A DNA stretch of 64,000 bases from assembly GCF_006345805.1 (NCBI RefSeq), contig NC_043002.1, positions 93,372,001 through 93,436,000 on the forward strand, read 5' to 3'. The position numbers and the translations under genes are program-made. The notes beneath the pieces are model-generated. The model saw only the letters and a list, made by a program, of their open reading frames with translations, was not told the DNA's origin and searched no databases. Position 1 is the first letter of the stretch, and every line of letters begins with the position of its first letter. Shown one piece after another: positions 1 through 12,734 of the stretch. This stretch comes from Octopus sinensis (lineage: Eukaryota).

Positions 1-329
1 CAAGAGGAGGAGGAGAGATGAGTAAGTTTTAACAGTCTTTCTTAGTCAGTGATTCTTAAACTGAGTGGTAACATAAGTCCCTTGGAGGCATTGTAAGCTC
101 AGAGGACAGCGGGTGTCAAGGAGGCATTGTAGTTGGTGAGCGGCGGGGGGGGGGGGGGAGTACCATATGTTGAGAGAGTTTTATTTTCCTAGAAATAAAA
201 TATGCAAACAGTACTTATATTTTAAATATATTTCAAAAAAAAAAAAAGCTGGAATTAAAATATGAGTAGGACATTGTATTTCCTCTTAGAGCAGAATCAT
301 GACTAATGATGTACCAAGGTCAAATCATC

Positions 330-545
330 GTCATCATCATCATCATTTAACGTCCGCTTTCTATGCTAGCATGGGTTGGACGATTTGACTGAGGGCTGGC
401 AAGCCAGATGGCTGCACCAGGCTCCAATCTTGATCTGGCAGAGTTTCTACAGCTGGATGCCCTTCCTAACGCCAACCACTCCGAGAGTGAAGTGGGTGCT
501 TTTTACGTGCCACCGCACGGGGATGCTCTTCCTAACGCCAACCAC
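330..545 (-). mobile_element. SINE family D (RTE-like (GAT)n tail), partial
   Basis: (cat)n run followed by ttaacgtccgctttctatgctagcatgggttggacg...ggatgcccttcctaacgccaaccactcc. The same motif recurs at 3713, 11578, 39516, 45663 and, in the other orientation, 55060. Confidence 0.8.
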
Positions 546-625
546 ATAATATGATTATATAAGTCCTTGTGTTCTTTAGTGATGTCCACAAGAATTTAAC
601 TTATAGGTACTAATCCTCACAGATA

Positions 626-2105
626 CAGCAGAACCTCGCAATATGAGCGCATCTTTGACTGAGTAATTTGCTGCATGAGCCGAGGCTTGTGCGAATTTTT
701 GTCTTGAAGTATGAGCAGAAACTTACAGTATGAGTGAGTTTCATACAGGCAAACGCCAGTTGGTGCTGAGCTTGCACACACTCTCCCAACAAGCACAGCC
801 TCTGCTTGCTCACTTCATGTGTTTATCTCATTGTGGCAGCATCTCTGTTGTGTTTTTCCCAGTGTTTTTGTTTAGTTTTGTGCATTTTTTTTGTTATTAT
901 TTTATAAGAATTAGTTGTGTTAGCCATGGGTCCTAAGAAGGTTAGTGCAAAGGACAGTGATGAGAAGAAGAATAAAACTGATTACGATAGAATTGAAGAA
1001 GGAAATTATTGATAAACATGGGAGAGGAGTATGTGTAGTGGACTTAGTACATCAATATGACAGAAGCACATCAACAATCTGCACCATCCTAAAGAAAAAG
1101 GATGCGATCAAGGCTGTTACAGCAGCAAAGGTTGTCTCCAGGTTCTCTAAGCAATGCACATCTGTTCACAAAAGAATGGAAAAATTGCTTCTCTCGTAGA
1201 TCAACGAGAAGCAACTCACAGGGGATATGATTACAGAGACCATCATCTGCAAGAAAGAACAAGCGCTGTATGGGGATCTCCTGAAGCAGAATCCTGGAAC
1301 ATCGACAGAGGAGACATTAGCAGATGTGTTTACGGCCAGTCGCGACTGGTTTGATAATTTCAAGAAGACAACCGGTGTTCATAGCGTTGTCAGGTATGAA
1401 GTGGTGAGTTCTGACTCAAAAGCAGCTGAAGATTTCATGCATGAATTCCATCAGCTCATCACAGCCAAGGGGTACATCACACCACAGGTATTCAACTGTG
1501 ATGAAACTGTCCTTTTTGGTAAAAAAAATTCCCTGAAGAACTTATATAACTTCAGAGGAGAAGATGCCAGGCCACAAACCTATGAAAGATAAGCTAACTT
1601 TCGCCCTGTGTGCCAATGTGAGTGGAGACTTGCAGATTAAGCCGCTTCTTGCCTAGCATTCCAAAAACCTATGAGTGTTGAAGTCATACAAAATCCTGAA
1701 GGAGAAGCTGCAGGTCATGTAGAGGGCAAAATGTTAAGGCCTGGGTCACTAGGCAATTCTTCTCCAAGTGGATCAACCTTGTCTTTGGACCAGCAGTGAA
1801 AAAGTACCTTTTGGAGAACAGTCTTCCTCTCAAGGCCCTTCTCACCCTTGACAATGCTTCTGCTTACCCTCCTAATTTCTAAGATGATATCCTGGACCAA
1901 TTTAAATCCATAAAGTTTTGTACCTTCCACAAAATACCACCCCTATCTTGCAGCCCATGGACCAGCAGATGACTTCTAATTTTATGAAATTGTATACCAA
2001 GCACCTGTTTTGTTAGTGTTTTGACATCACTGAAAATACAAATCTGACCTTTCGTGAGTTTTGAAGGAGAACTACATTATAAACTGCCTGAAAAGCATTA
2101 GCTAC
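626..2105 (+). mobile_element. Tigger/pogo DNA transposon fossil, 3' truncated
   Basis: TA at 624-625 is followed by a TIR-like CAGCAGAACCTCGCAATATGAGCG and then a disrupted transposase. No matching right TIR was seen. Confidence 0.85.
926..2095 (+). pseudogene. Tigger/pogo (CENP-B-like) DDE transposase pseudogene
   Basis: ATG 926 gives MGPKKVSAK, then a frameshift to LITIELKKEII..STICTILKKK (HTH_psq-like) and FTASRDWFDNFKK (HTH_Tnp_Tc5-like). Catalytic motifs VFNCDET, LLTLDNAS and LQPMDQQ are present. Several stops and frameshifts. Confidence 0.9.
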
Positions 2106-3177
2106 AGACTAATGACTGAAGCAGATAAAAGATATGATGGGATTCTTTTCAGTTTCCATCTTCTACCATAGCCTTGGGACTGAACTGGAAACCATGTGCT
2201 TGGGAAGTAAACTTCTGATGACGGTGCCATGCCACATTTACACAATTATGTCTGGTCTAGAATATATATGTTAGTCAATATGTGGAATGAATCATTTGAT
2301 GATGATTTCATATATATATATATAAAACAATAAAGATGACAAAGATTATGTAAGCTACCATTTATATTTGGAATAGAATAAAAATAATAATTAAAAAAAA
2401 AACAAGGAAAATAAATACAAATAAATTATGAAAAAACATAACTTTCACCCCGGATAGAAATGTAGGTTCATAATGATTAAAGTGATAAATGTGGCCAGAT
2501 GTTAGTTATTTAAGGTTTGTATATATTAACAGTAGAATCTCAGAAGTATTAATATAACTTTATGCTCACTCGTGTTGTTTGAAAGTACTATGTCAGCAGG
2601 ACATATAGTAACAATGAACTATATTGTCATTGTTGTAAAATTATAAACACTGTACAATAAATATATTCCCCAAGAAATATGACGCAGAAAGTATGACCGA
2701 CAATCTCAGCTTTGTTGTTGGGTGTGTTATTGTATATATTTTCTGGTTTCATTCATACAGGGTGCAACCTTGCTGGAATGTCATCGCTAAGAGCATTTTT
2801 TTGTTTATTATTACCTCAACGTCTATATGTGGCCTGGTAATTTTTTTATCCATCTCTGTTCATAGGATAGCTTAGTCCACTTTGGCATAAAGGAATAAAA
2901 CTTTCTGCTTAAATGCCACAACTTATTTTTATTTCATACACTGTTATACATACACATGCCCAAAACTCCCCCACCCCCGCCCCATACATTACATTAAATG
3001 AAACAAAAATTAAACTGTAGAAGAATAGGTGTGTGGTTAGAAAGTTCACTTGGTTTTGGGTTCATTTCCACTGCACGCCACCTTGGGCAACTGTCTTCTG
3101 CTAGAGGTCCTTGCTGGCTGATGCCTTATGAATGTATTTGTACGCAGAAACAGTATGGAAACCAGTCATATATAATG

Positions 3178-3208
<31 letters not shown>

Positions 3209-3712
3209 GTCTGTCTTTGTCCTCCCTTCACTACTTGACACCAGTGTTGGTTTAGTTATATCCTCATAACCTAGTGATTTGTCAAAAGAGACCAATAGAA
3301 TAAATATCAGTCTTAAAAGATAGAATAAAGGTTAAATAACAAAAATCTAAACCCCAAATCGTCTAATACATTGGTATTAGAAACAGAAATTCACTTACTC
3401 GAGCCGCCTTCATAGAACTTAAATTTTGATTCTTTTACAGTGCAAAAAAATCCAAAAAACAAAAAAAGCAGCATGTCAAATAGGAAATTTTAGTGCATTA
3501 TATTACATTTGAAGTTTCGTTGTTGTTACATTTTTACTGATTTTGACTCCATGACTCCAAATCTAACTTCAGGGCTCTGATCAAAGTTAAAACTTTATAG
3601 GAATTCCAATTTTCAACTTATAACTTCAGTACTGTATGGCAGAGTGTTCAATAAACACAGTCACAGCTTTATTCATAGTTATATATCTCTTATCATAATA
3701 TTGGGTTCATCA

Positions 3713-4130
3713 TCATCATCATTTAATGTTTGTTTTCCATGCTGGCATGGGTTGGATGGTTTGTCTGAAAACTGGTAAGCTGAGGAGTTGCACCAAGGTT
3801 TCAATCTGATTTGGCCTGGTTTCTACAGCTGGATGCCCTTCCTAATGCCAGCCACATCAAGAGTTTAGTGGGTGCTTTTTATGTACCACTGGGACGGGTG
3901 CCAGTTAGGAAACACCAGCATCAGCCACGACTATGATCTCATTTGGCTTGATGGGTCTTCTTAAGCCCAGTATATCGCCAAAGGTATTGGTCACTGGCTC
4001 TGTGAGGTCCAAAGTTTGAAGGGTGATTTTTATGTGCCACTGGCACAGGTGCCAGTTATGCGACATTGGCATTAGCCATGGCTATGATTTCACTTGGCTT
4101 GATGGGTCTTCTCAAGCACAGCATATTGTT
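3713..4130 (-). mobile_element. SINE family D with internally repeated segment
   Basis: (cat)n tail plus the family D body. The block ggtgccagtt...cttgatgggtcttct occurs twice (about 3898 and 4048). Confidence 0.7.
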
Positions 4131-4751
4131 AATTTTTTACCATTTATTTGAATGCTACTGAGTGAAGGTGACAGGCAATGATATCATGGGAGCATCCCAG
4201 CTACTAGTCCAATTCCCTTGTGGGTTGGCATGGATCCTCATGGACGAGCTAAGTTGGCTGGAATGTGGAGAGTTTGTGATGTAGAATCTTAAAATTTCCC
4301 CTCCTTGAAACATGAAAACTAATTTTTGTGCAGTTCTTTTAGAAATAGCACTCCTGTACATGACACAGATATCTTAAGTGGCTTTGGTAGACTTGAAACC
4401 TTTGACTGAAAGCTAAGAGAAGCAGGTGTTGATAATGCTCATTTTTTTATACTTTGCACTCCATTATGATATGTTTGAGAAGAGTTAAAACTTATTCAAG
4501 TTTCAAACATGATAAACAGAAGTTGTAGAGAAAGATTAGATCCACAAAAATAATTTTTTGTGCTAATTAAAAAAAAATTAGACAGAAATGAACAAATTTA
4601 TCTTAACCCAATACATTAAGAAATGCATTCTTAAGCAAGGTGTATACAAGAGTACTCAATAAATTAATGTTTAGAGGAAACTTGAAGTTGTACTTTTTAT
4701 GAGGATTGCAAGTTTGTAGAAAAACAATGTGTCTTGGTGATATATAGATAA

Positions 4752-5935
4752 TTAGCAGTATAACCCGGCCTTGCCTGGGATTAAGTTACAATTATTAAGC
4801 TAATCAAGTTCTTTATTTCAAACCAAACTAAGTAATATTGACGTCAAATTTGGGTGAAATCTGTTGAAATTGGTTATATTATATATATATTATATATAAT
4901 ATAATATAAATATATATGGGCAACAGACACGAACACACATACACACACACACCTATTGCATGTTTTGTGTATGCATACATGTTCATAAACAGAAATGAAT
5001 GGAAAAAATGTTGTTAAATTTGTAGATTAACACTTGCACGATTTTCACTAAGAAAAAAAATGTTTTTTTTTTGCGTGGAATCAACTACTCTGGCCACCTA
5101 ATATGCTACAAAACCCTTTTTGTGGTCCGTGAAATGGAGTGGGGTGTGGTGGAAGCCTCGGAAATTGTACCCATTTATATTGTGTAATTCACTGACAAAT
5201 TGTTACCCACCTCTTTCTTTCTTTGTTGTTAAATAAATGGATTGTCACTTTTCTACTCAGTGTAAAATAAAAACAAAATTCTTTCGCACCCAAAGTAATG
5301 TGTGTGAGAGAGGGAGGGGGAAGAAAGATGAACGATTTAAAATAAATAAATGATTTAAAATAAATATATTGTAATTGTTGTGTGAGAAAGTATATATACT
5401 ATGATTATAAAATATAGTGTCTTTCAAAAACATCTTGAATTTGAACACTATATCTCGTGTTTAAGAAAAAACAAAGCATTTTACATTTTATTTTTTATGA
5501 ACGTTGTCACTTACTCTCTCTCTCCCTCTCTCACTTTGTCTTTCCCCGTGAAACTCTCTTCCACTTTTCTTTATCTTGTTTTTCTTTAGTTAGATGTCGT
5601 CAAAAAGCTATAGCTGAAAATAGATTTTTATGAACGTCGTCACTTACTCTCTCTCTCCCTCTCTCACTTTGTCTTTCCCGTGAAACTCTCTGCCTCTCTT
5701 CCACTTTTCTTTATCGTGTTTTTTTTTGTTAGACGCCGTCAAAAAGCTACGACTGAAAATAGATTTTTACCAATATCCACAGGTGCCTCAGGGGAAAAAA
5801 ATAAGTTGACAAAACCCAGATAGGATGTTGACGAATGTCCTCCTTAAATTTGAGCGACATGCATGCTAATTTGTGGATGTGCATAAATTACAATCACGTA
5901 TACACACACACACACATCTTGCCTTATATATATAC
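4752..5935 (-). mobile_element. Non-autonomous Helitron-like element with internal ~133 bp tandem duplication
   Basis: The minus-strand 3' end reads cccaggcaaggccgggttatactgctaa, matching the ...ccgagcaacgccgggcgatactgCTAG end at 53871. The 5' end reads tatatataaggcaag. Duplicated unit at 5492-5769. Confidence 0.5.
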
Positions 5936-6399
5936 AGATGATGCAAATAGACAGATAAAACTACTTGGACTAGATATAAATTATACATACATTTAAATAG
6001 AGAGAAACAAAGACCAAAATTATTCAGATGATGAACATTCCTGGATAAATATAGATATTTATATTTTAACAGAACAGATTTACTCAGAGTACAATGTTAC
6101 AGAAAACTAAGGGGAGAAGGTATGGTATTACAGGTCTGACAGCTGTTTCTGGGGGCTTGGAATTACATAATAATATTGGCAGATGTAGTTCGCTAAAAGT
6201 CAAGAATATATAACCAATAATGGATGCATATAAATACTACAGTAAACCTGACCTCAGTCTTCAGGGTAGAGAGAATGGAATCTGGATTAAGGCCACTCTT
6301 TATCCTACAGACTTAGTTCTCAATAAAGATTCTGGAGTGTAAATTCAAATCATGTGAACACTACTAAGTCTTTTCTATATAGAGCATCTCTGGAGCTCA

Positions 6400-6400
<1 letters not shown>
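5936..6400 (-). mobile_element. Possible Penelope-like element remnant with the 3' half of a hammerhead motif
   Basis: Minus strand at 6149-6133 reads GAAAC-AGCT-GTC-AGACC (palindromic ACAGCTGT stem III). The 5' core is not recognisable. The module ends at a (TA)n tract. Confidence 0.35.
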
Positions 6401-6434
<34 letters not shown>

Positions 6435-6931
6435 GGTAAAATTAATAATCCTTTCTACTATATGCACAAGGCCTGAAATTTGGAGGAGGGGGATAGTTGA
6501 TGACATTGACCCCAATGTTTCACTGGTACTTAACTTATTGACTCTGAAAGGATGAAAGGTAACATCACCCTTTCAACTCAGAACATCAAGGCAGATGAAA
6601 TGCCAGTAAGCATTTCGCCCAGTGTGCTAATGATTCTGCCAGCTCATCACTTAGTTAAAATTAATAATGTAAGAAAATGGAGAGTGAAAGATGTATATTT
6701 AATTTATTTGCATTATAGTTTGTTTTTAAGATACACATACAAATAAAGTTTTTAAAAAACACAATAGAAGACTCAAAAAAAACCTACATATGTTTTGATT
6801 CTGGCCCTTGGTAATGCATAATTCAAAGCATTTGAGTTAAATCCAATGTTAAGAATTTAAGCTGTAAGAAAAGAATCCTAATGGGGATAAAACATCTTCG
6901 AATTGACTATATATATATATATATATATATA

Positions 6932-7592
6932 GTTAATAAAAAAACACATCAGAAAAGGAGCGCACTCTAAAGAATAGAGTAGTAATTGTTACAACAAAAT
7001 TTTATATCTTGGATATAGAGTTACCCAAGGTTTCACATTGACAAAGTCAAAGCCTTGTGGACAGCTCGTCAGATTCTATACAAAGGCAAAAATTTAAAGT
7101 TTCTACATTGTGGATGTGAGGAAATGCTCAGAAATAAAGAAATGCGTCTTAATAAAAAAACGTTAATGAGGACAGGTTATTTCCTCTGAACCAGAGGAAA
7201 AAAAACAACCCTTATAGACCAGAAGAGGCCTAACCAGCAAACGGGGAGATCTAATTTTCCAGTAAGTAGCATTTGAAGTGAACACATTTAGAAAACACTT
7301 CTTTACGACTGTTTAATGTGCCAGGTTTTGTATAGCCCTTGATAATTTTGGCTCTCTCCACGAAGCAGCCCTTGCAACAACCACTTCCATTAATATATGG
7401 GTCTAGATGATCAATTAATTTCCACTGGATATCACATGGAGTCTCTTGATCTTTGAGGTGTCACACATGGCGGGCCAGGGATGTGACAAACCATCTTTCT
7501 GAGACTCTGAAGGATGACTGGTGGTTAAGAAAATGTCATTTGAAAGAAGTACTGGCAGATCCAATATATTTACAAACATATTTGCGCCCCTG
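6932..7592 (-). mobile_element. Penelope-like element (GIY-YIG endonuclease end plus pLTR)
   Basis: Minus-strand translation KYIGSASTSFK*HFLNHQSSF..TSLARHV*HLKD..IQWKLI..Y..CKGCFVERAKII..LNSRKEVFSKCVH..LLEN* (stop at 7251-7253) is a typical PLE GIY-YIG C-terminus. Followed by an HHR and a (TA)n tract. Confidence 0.85.
7014..7080 (-). ncRNA. Type I hammerhead ribozyme motif (CUGACGA core)
   Basis: UAUAGAAU-CUGACGA-[31 nt stem II region]-GAAA-CCUUGG-GUA/ACUCUAUA. Stem I has 7 of 8 pairs. Located in the PLE 3' pLTR. Stem II is irregular. Confidence 0.65.
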
Positions 7593-8415
7593 GTAACATA
7601 TATGCACGCTCACACACAATGGGCTTCTTCCAGTTTCCGTCTACCAAATCCATTCACAAAGCTCTGGTCAGCTCAAGGCTATAGTAGAAGACACTTGCTC
7701 AAGGTGCCATGCAGGGACTGAACCCAGACCATGTGGTTGAGAAGCAAACTTCTTACCACACAGACATACCTACACACACACACACACACACATGTATACA
7801 CATATAATACTGTACAGTTTATCGACAGATATATGACTGAGTCTTTTTCCTGACCCATGGACTTTTAGATGATTTTATATATATATATATAAAGTGCAAC
7901 CATGGCTATAAGATTAAAAAGCTTGCTTCCCAACCACATGATTCAGGATTCAGTCCCACTGTGTGGTCGCTTCAGGTGTTTTCTTCTGTAGCCCTGGGCT
8001 GACTAAAATCTTCTGAGTGTATTTGGCAGATGGAAATTGAAAGAAGCCTGTAATAAATACATATCTGTGTGTGTGTTTGTGCTTGTTTGTCCCTCCTCCA
8101 CTTGGCAACCAATGCTGGTATGTTTATGTCCCTCTAAGTTGGCAGTTCAACAAAGAAGATTGGTATATTAAGTACTAGATTGTAAACACATAACTAATGC
8201 AGTTGATTTGTTTGACTAAACTCATCAAGGCAGTGCCCCAGCATGGATGCATTCTAATGACTGAAACATTTATGTATTTATTGTAAATAAATGAGAAATT
8301 TGTTTAATTTTATTTTAAGGTAATAAATATTTTTCTTTTAGAAAATTAGTATTGATTTCATCATTTTGTACCTGTACCAAGGAATTTGATAAAAGTTGAA
8401 TTATATTGATTGTAG

Positions 8416-8621
8416 CATGCTGGGCGAAATTTGTAGTCGTATTTCATCTGCCACTACGTTCCGAGTTCAAATTCCGCCGAGGTTGACTTTACCTTTCATC
8501 CATTCGGGGTCGATAAATTAAGTACCAGTTACACACTGGGGTCGATGTGATTGACTTAATTCATTTGTCTGTCCTTGTTTGTCCCCTCTGTGTTTAGCCC
8601 CTTGTGGGTAGTAAAGAAATA
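8416..8621 (+). mobile_element. SINE family B1, 5'-truncated, 14 bp TSD
   Basis: Body ...gttcaaattccgccgaggttgactttacctttcatcc...ttagccccttgtgggtagtaaagaaat. TSD tatattgattgtag at 8402-8415 and 8622-8635. Confidence 0.85.
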
Positions 8622-9008
8622 TATATTGATTGTAGGTATGCTATATTACTTAATATTACTTATGGCAAGAAAGCAAAAAAAAATTCCTGAATTTATCTAC
8701 CATATGATAGGTAATACAGAGACATACAAGTGTGTGTGTATGTGTGTATATATACATACCCTGTCCCGTGTCCTGAAACGTAAAATTAATACATATGTAC
8801 ATACATTCACTCACATGCGCATCTTTGTTTGCCAAATACACACATTATTGTCTTGACAAATTATATCTGTCTGAAAATATTTGTATTCCAGATAAATTCT
8901 GTTGAATCTGTAGGTGTGTTAGTCACTAATGTACACACAGGCAGTACTGGAGTTACTTTAACCTCAATCTATTGTTAATCTACAAATAAGTTTTCGTTAC
9001 TGTGTATT

Positions 9009-9960
9009 GTAGGCCAGCTCTGAAGCTAACTTATTTTCAAAATCATTCCTAGCATGACCATCCTTTGTTTTTTCTTTTATTCCTTTATTGACTTCAGTCA
9101 GAAGCTGGTATCATATTGGGATAGGACTACATTATTAACTGCTTCTTTTCCTTATTTAAAATGGTATAATATCATTTGAGGGAGATTTGTTTACTGTTTC
9201 TAGTAGGGTGAACGACTATATTGAACCTGTGGCAAATTCGCTGAGTGGTTATAATGTTAGACAGAATATTTACATGAACTTGTTCAAATCTTACCAAAGT
9301 CATCTTCGCCTTTCATCGTTTCAGGGTAGGCCAGCTCTGAAGCTAACTTATTTTCAAAATCATTCCTAGCATGACCATCCTTTGTTTTTTCTTTTATTCC
9401 TTTATTGACTTCAGTCAGAAGCTGGTATCATATTGGGATAGGACTACATTATTAACTGCTTCTTTTCCTTATTTAAAATGGTATAATATCATTTGAGGGA
9501 GATTTGTTTACTGTTTCTAGTAGGGTGAACGACTATATTGAACCTGTGGCAAATTCGCTGAGTGGTTATAATGTTAGACAGAATATTTACATGAACTTGT
9601 TCAAATCTTACCAAGTCATCTTCGCCTTTCATCGTTTCAGGGTAGGCCAGCTCTGAAGCTAACTTATTTTCAAAATCATTCCTAGCATGACCATCCTTTG
9701 TTTTTTCTTTTATTCCTTTATTGACTTCAGTCAGAAGCTGGTATCATATTGGGATAGGACTACATTATTAACTGCTTCTTTTCCTTATTTAAAATGGTAT
9801 AATATCATTTGAGGGAGATTTGTTTACTGTTTCTAGTAGGGTGAACGACTATATTGAACCTGTGGCAAATTCGCTGAGTGGTTATAATGTTAGACAGAAT
9901 ATTTACATGAACTTGTTCAAATCTTACCAAAGTCATCTTCGCCTTTCATCGTTTCAGGGT
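9009..9960. repeat. Three near-identical tandem copies of a 316-317 bp unit
   Basis: gtaggccagctctgaagctaac starts at 9009, 9326 and 9642. The only difference I noticed is one A indel (ccaaagtc vs ccaagtc). Confidence 0.95.
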
Positions 9961-10887
9961 CAAGAAAATCTCTAAGAATGTCAAACTCGATGACTTGTGG
10001 TATTTGCTCTGGTCTTTGCACCCTGTGTTCAAATCCTGCCATGGCCTACATGCATGATAGACTTGTCACCTGCTTCAACACCATGACATGGCACCTTGGG
10101 TACTTTTACCTGAGTCTACTCTGATCTAAGCATTTAGAATAGGCTTCCAGTTTGAGGATACCTTCCACCCACCATTCTGAGAGGCCTTATTAAAGGTGTT
10201 AGGCTCTGCCTTTCCTACTAAAAAAAAGAAAAGGGATTGTGTTGGTGCAAGATAGTCAATAGTAAACTGAGCTAAGTGTTCTATGGCATTTTTGTATGGT
10301 ATTTCAGCATTTGGAGTTCTTGGTTGATTTTGCACTTCCCTCCTGGTAGAAAATAAAATATATACATGAGAGTTGCTTATTCCAGGTCAATACTGATTGA
10401 ATGGGTGGTTGATATGGACCCTGATGGGAAAGAGAGATGAGTAACTGAGCAGACTAGAACTACATTATCCAGTGTGTCCTTTTCTTATTTAACATGGTAG
10501 GATGTGATTTGAGGGTGATTTTAGCTACTATTTCTAGCAGGTAGATTCAGTAGCCTAATAAATGCTCTTTATTGGCATGTATAAATCCCCGTAATTTACT
10601 AAGGCTAATGAAGTTGACATTCTATATTTTGCAATAATATTGATTTTCCAAAAAAGAAATCATTCATCCAGTGTTGGCACAAAGGCTGGTGGACACAGTA
10701 AAATTGGAAGCTAAATGGTTCTGTAAAAACAGTGGAATTGCAAATTATGTTGTATTATAAATGCAGTAAGATATAAACTATATTGTACTGCAGTATTTAA
10801 ATATTTAGACTTATGTAATAGATATTTGAATTCAAGTTACACTGTCTTTTCTTACACCGTTTAAAAATTATAAATATGTGACTGTTA

Positions 10888-11300
10888 GGTGCAGGAGTGG
10901 CTGTGGTAAGTAGCTTGCTTACCAACCACATCGTTCCGGGTTCATTCCCACTGCGTGGCACCTTGGGCAAGTGTCTTCTACTATAGCCTTGGGTCAACTA
11001 AAGCCTTGTGAGTGGATTTGGTAGACGGAAACTAAAAGAAGCCCATCATATATATGTATATATCTATGTATGTGTGTGTATATGTTTGTGTGTCCGTGTT
11101 TGTCAACATCTCTTGACAACCAATGCTGGTGTGTTTACGCCCCCGTAACTTTGCGGTTCAGCAAAAGAAAACCGATAAAATAAGTACTAGGCTTACAAAG
11201 AATAAATCCTGGGGTTGATTTGCTCGACTAAAAGGCGGTGCTCCAGCATGGCCGCAGTCAAATGACTGAAACAAGTAAAAGAGTAAAAGAGAGTAAAGAG
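10888..11300 (+). mobile_element. tRNA-derived SINE family A, full length
   Basis: Head ggtgcaggagtggctgtggtaag..gggttcattccc, central ccttgggcaagtgtcttctactatagcc, internal microsatellite and tail gactgaaacaagtaaaagag. More than 20 copies or fragments in the window. Confidence 0.85.
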
Positions 11301-11319
11301 TTAATTTAGATAAGTTTTT

Positions 11320-11490
11320 TCCCCTCACTGTTTTTCCCCGCTCTCTCTGTTTTCTCCATTCCTTTCTGTAGAAGAGCATAGGCTTGAGATGTCAGACCCT
11401 TCCATTTTATCTAAGTGTCAAACTAGTATACCTTATTTGTTGTTCCCTCATCTGTACCTGTCTTTTTGTTTTTTGTACAATTTTAAACTA
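11320..11490 (+). mobile_element. PLE-type module with degenerate hammerhead (CUGUAGA core at 11366-11372)
   Basis: cttt-CTGTAGA-A-GAGC-atag-GCTT-GAGAT-GTC-agac, homologous to the minus-strand HHR at 47860-47895. Confidence 0.55.
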
Positions 11491-11577
11491 TAAGTCAATA
11501 TGAGATCCCTTGATAACAATGCAAACTTCTTTTGATTAAAGTATCTTTGGCCTGACAAGTAGCTAGTGGATTATTCC

Positions 11578-11790
11578 ATCATCATCATCATCATCATCGT
11601 TTAGCGTCTGCTTTCCATGCTAGCACCAGGCCCAGTCTGATCTGGCAGTGTTTCTAAAGCTGGATGCCCTTCCCAACGCCAACCACTCCGTGAGTGTAGT
11701 GGGTGCTTTTTACGTGCCAGACGAGGCTGGCAAATGCCCACTATCGGATGGTGATTTTTACGTGCCACCGGCACGGAGGCCAGGCAAGGC
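11578..11790 (-). mobile_element. SINE family D fragment
   Basis: (cat)n tail plus ggatgcccttcccaacgccaaccactccgtgagtgtagtgggtgc. Confidence 0.7.
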
Positions 11791-11897
11791 TGGTGTTTGG
11801 ATAATTATTACTTCTGAAGTTCTGCTTGCTATGAAACATATGTAGCCTGGATTTTATCTACTCCTTTCCCTAATTTTGGATATATATGTATATATAC

Positions 11898-12166
11898 GTG
11901 GAGGCGGTCGAGGGATCGCGGGTTTGAATCTCAGACCGGGCGATGTGTGTATTTATGAGTGAAACACCTAAGACCCACGTGGCTCTCGCAGAAGGTAATG
12001 GCGAACTTCTGCTGACTCTTTCGCCACAACTTTCTCTCACTCTTTCCTCCTGCATCTTGCAGCTCACCTGCGACGGACTGGCGTCTCATTCAGGTGGGGA
12101 ACTTATACGCCAAAAAAACTGGGAAACCGGCCCTATGAGCCAGGCGTGGCTCGAGAAGGAACAAAC
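11898..12166 (+). mobile_element. tRNA-derived SINE family C, 12 bp TSD
   Basis: B-box-like ggtttgaatctc and V-domain-like gcgacggactggcgtc. TSD atgtatatatac at 11886-11897 and 12167-12178. Confidence 0.85.
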
Positions 12167-12194
12167 ATGTATATATACATATATATCTTTTACT

Positions 12195-12562
12195 TGTTTC
12201 AGTCATTAGACTGCAGCCATGCTTGGGCACTGCCTTGAAGAATTTTCAGTCAAATGTATTGACCCAGGTACTTATTTTTTAAAGTCTGGTACTTTTTCTA
12301 TTGGTCCCTTTTGCTGAATTGCTAAGTTATGGGGACATAAACACACCAGCACTGGTTGTCAAGTGATAGCAGGGGGACAAACCTAAACATAAAGATGCAC
12401 ACACGCACACATATATATACATATATGACGGGCTTCTTTCAGTTTCCATCTACCAAATCCACTCAGAAGGTTTTGGTTGGCCTGAGGCTATAGTAGGAGA
12501 CACTTGCCCAAGGTGCCACACAGTAGTGGGACTGAACTTGGAACCATGTGATTGGGAAATAG
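12195..12562 (-). mobile_element. SINE family A
   Basis: Reverse complement of the family A consensus. Confidence 0.75.
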
Positions 12563-12734
12563 CTGTTTAAAAATGATTTTATATATACATGCATACATAT
12601 ATATACATAAGGGGTGATTCAAAAGTTTCCTTAGCATTAAAATAAGCTTGCTAAAACCAAGGTCAATTGAGCTTCTTAATGTATCTCTCATCTCCACTTC
12701 TATTTGTCCCTCCAATTCTCACTCCTTCACTGTA

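Noticed and set aside
2425-2475. attatgaa...gaaatgtagg ttcataat pairing resembling HHR stem I and 3' half
   Set aside because: No recognisable 5' core between the arms.
9009-9960. Possible retrozyme array or CRISPR-like repeat
   Set aside because: No CUGANGA/GAAA arrangement on either strand and no unique spacers.
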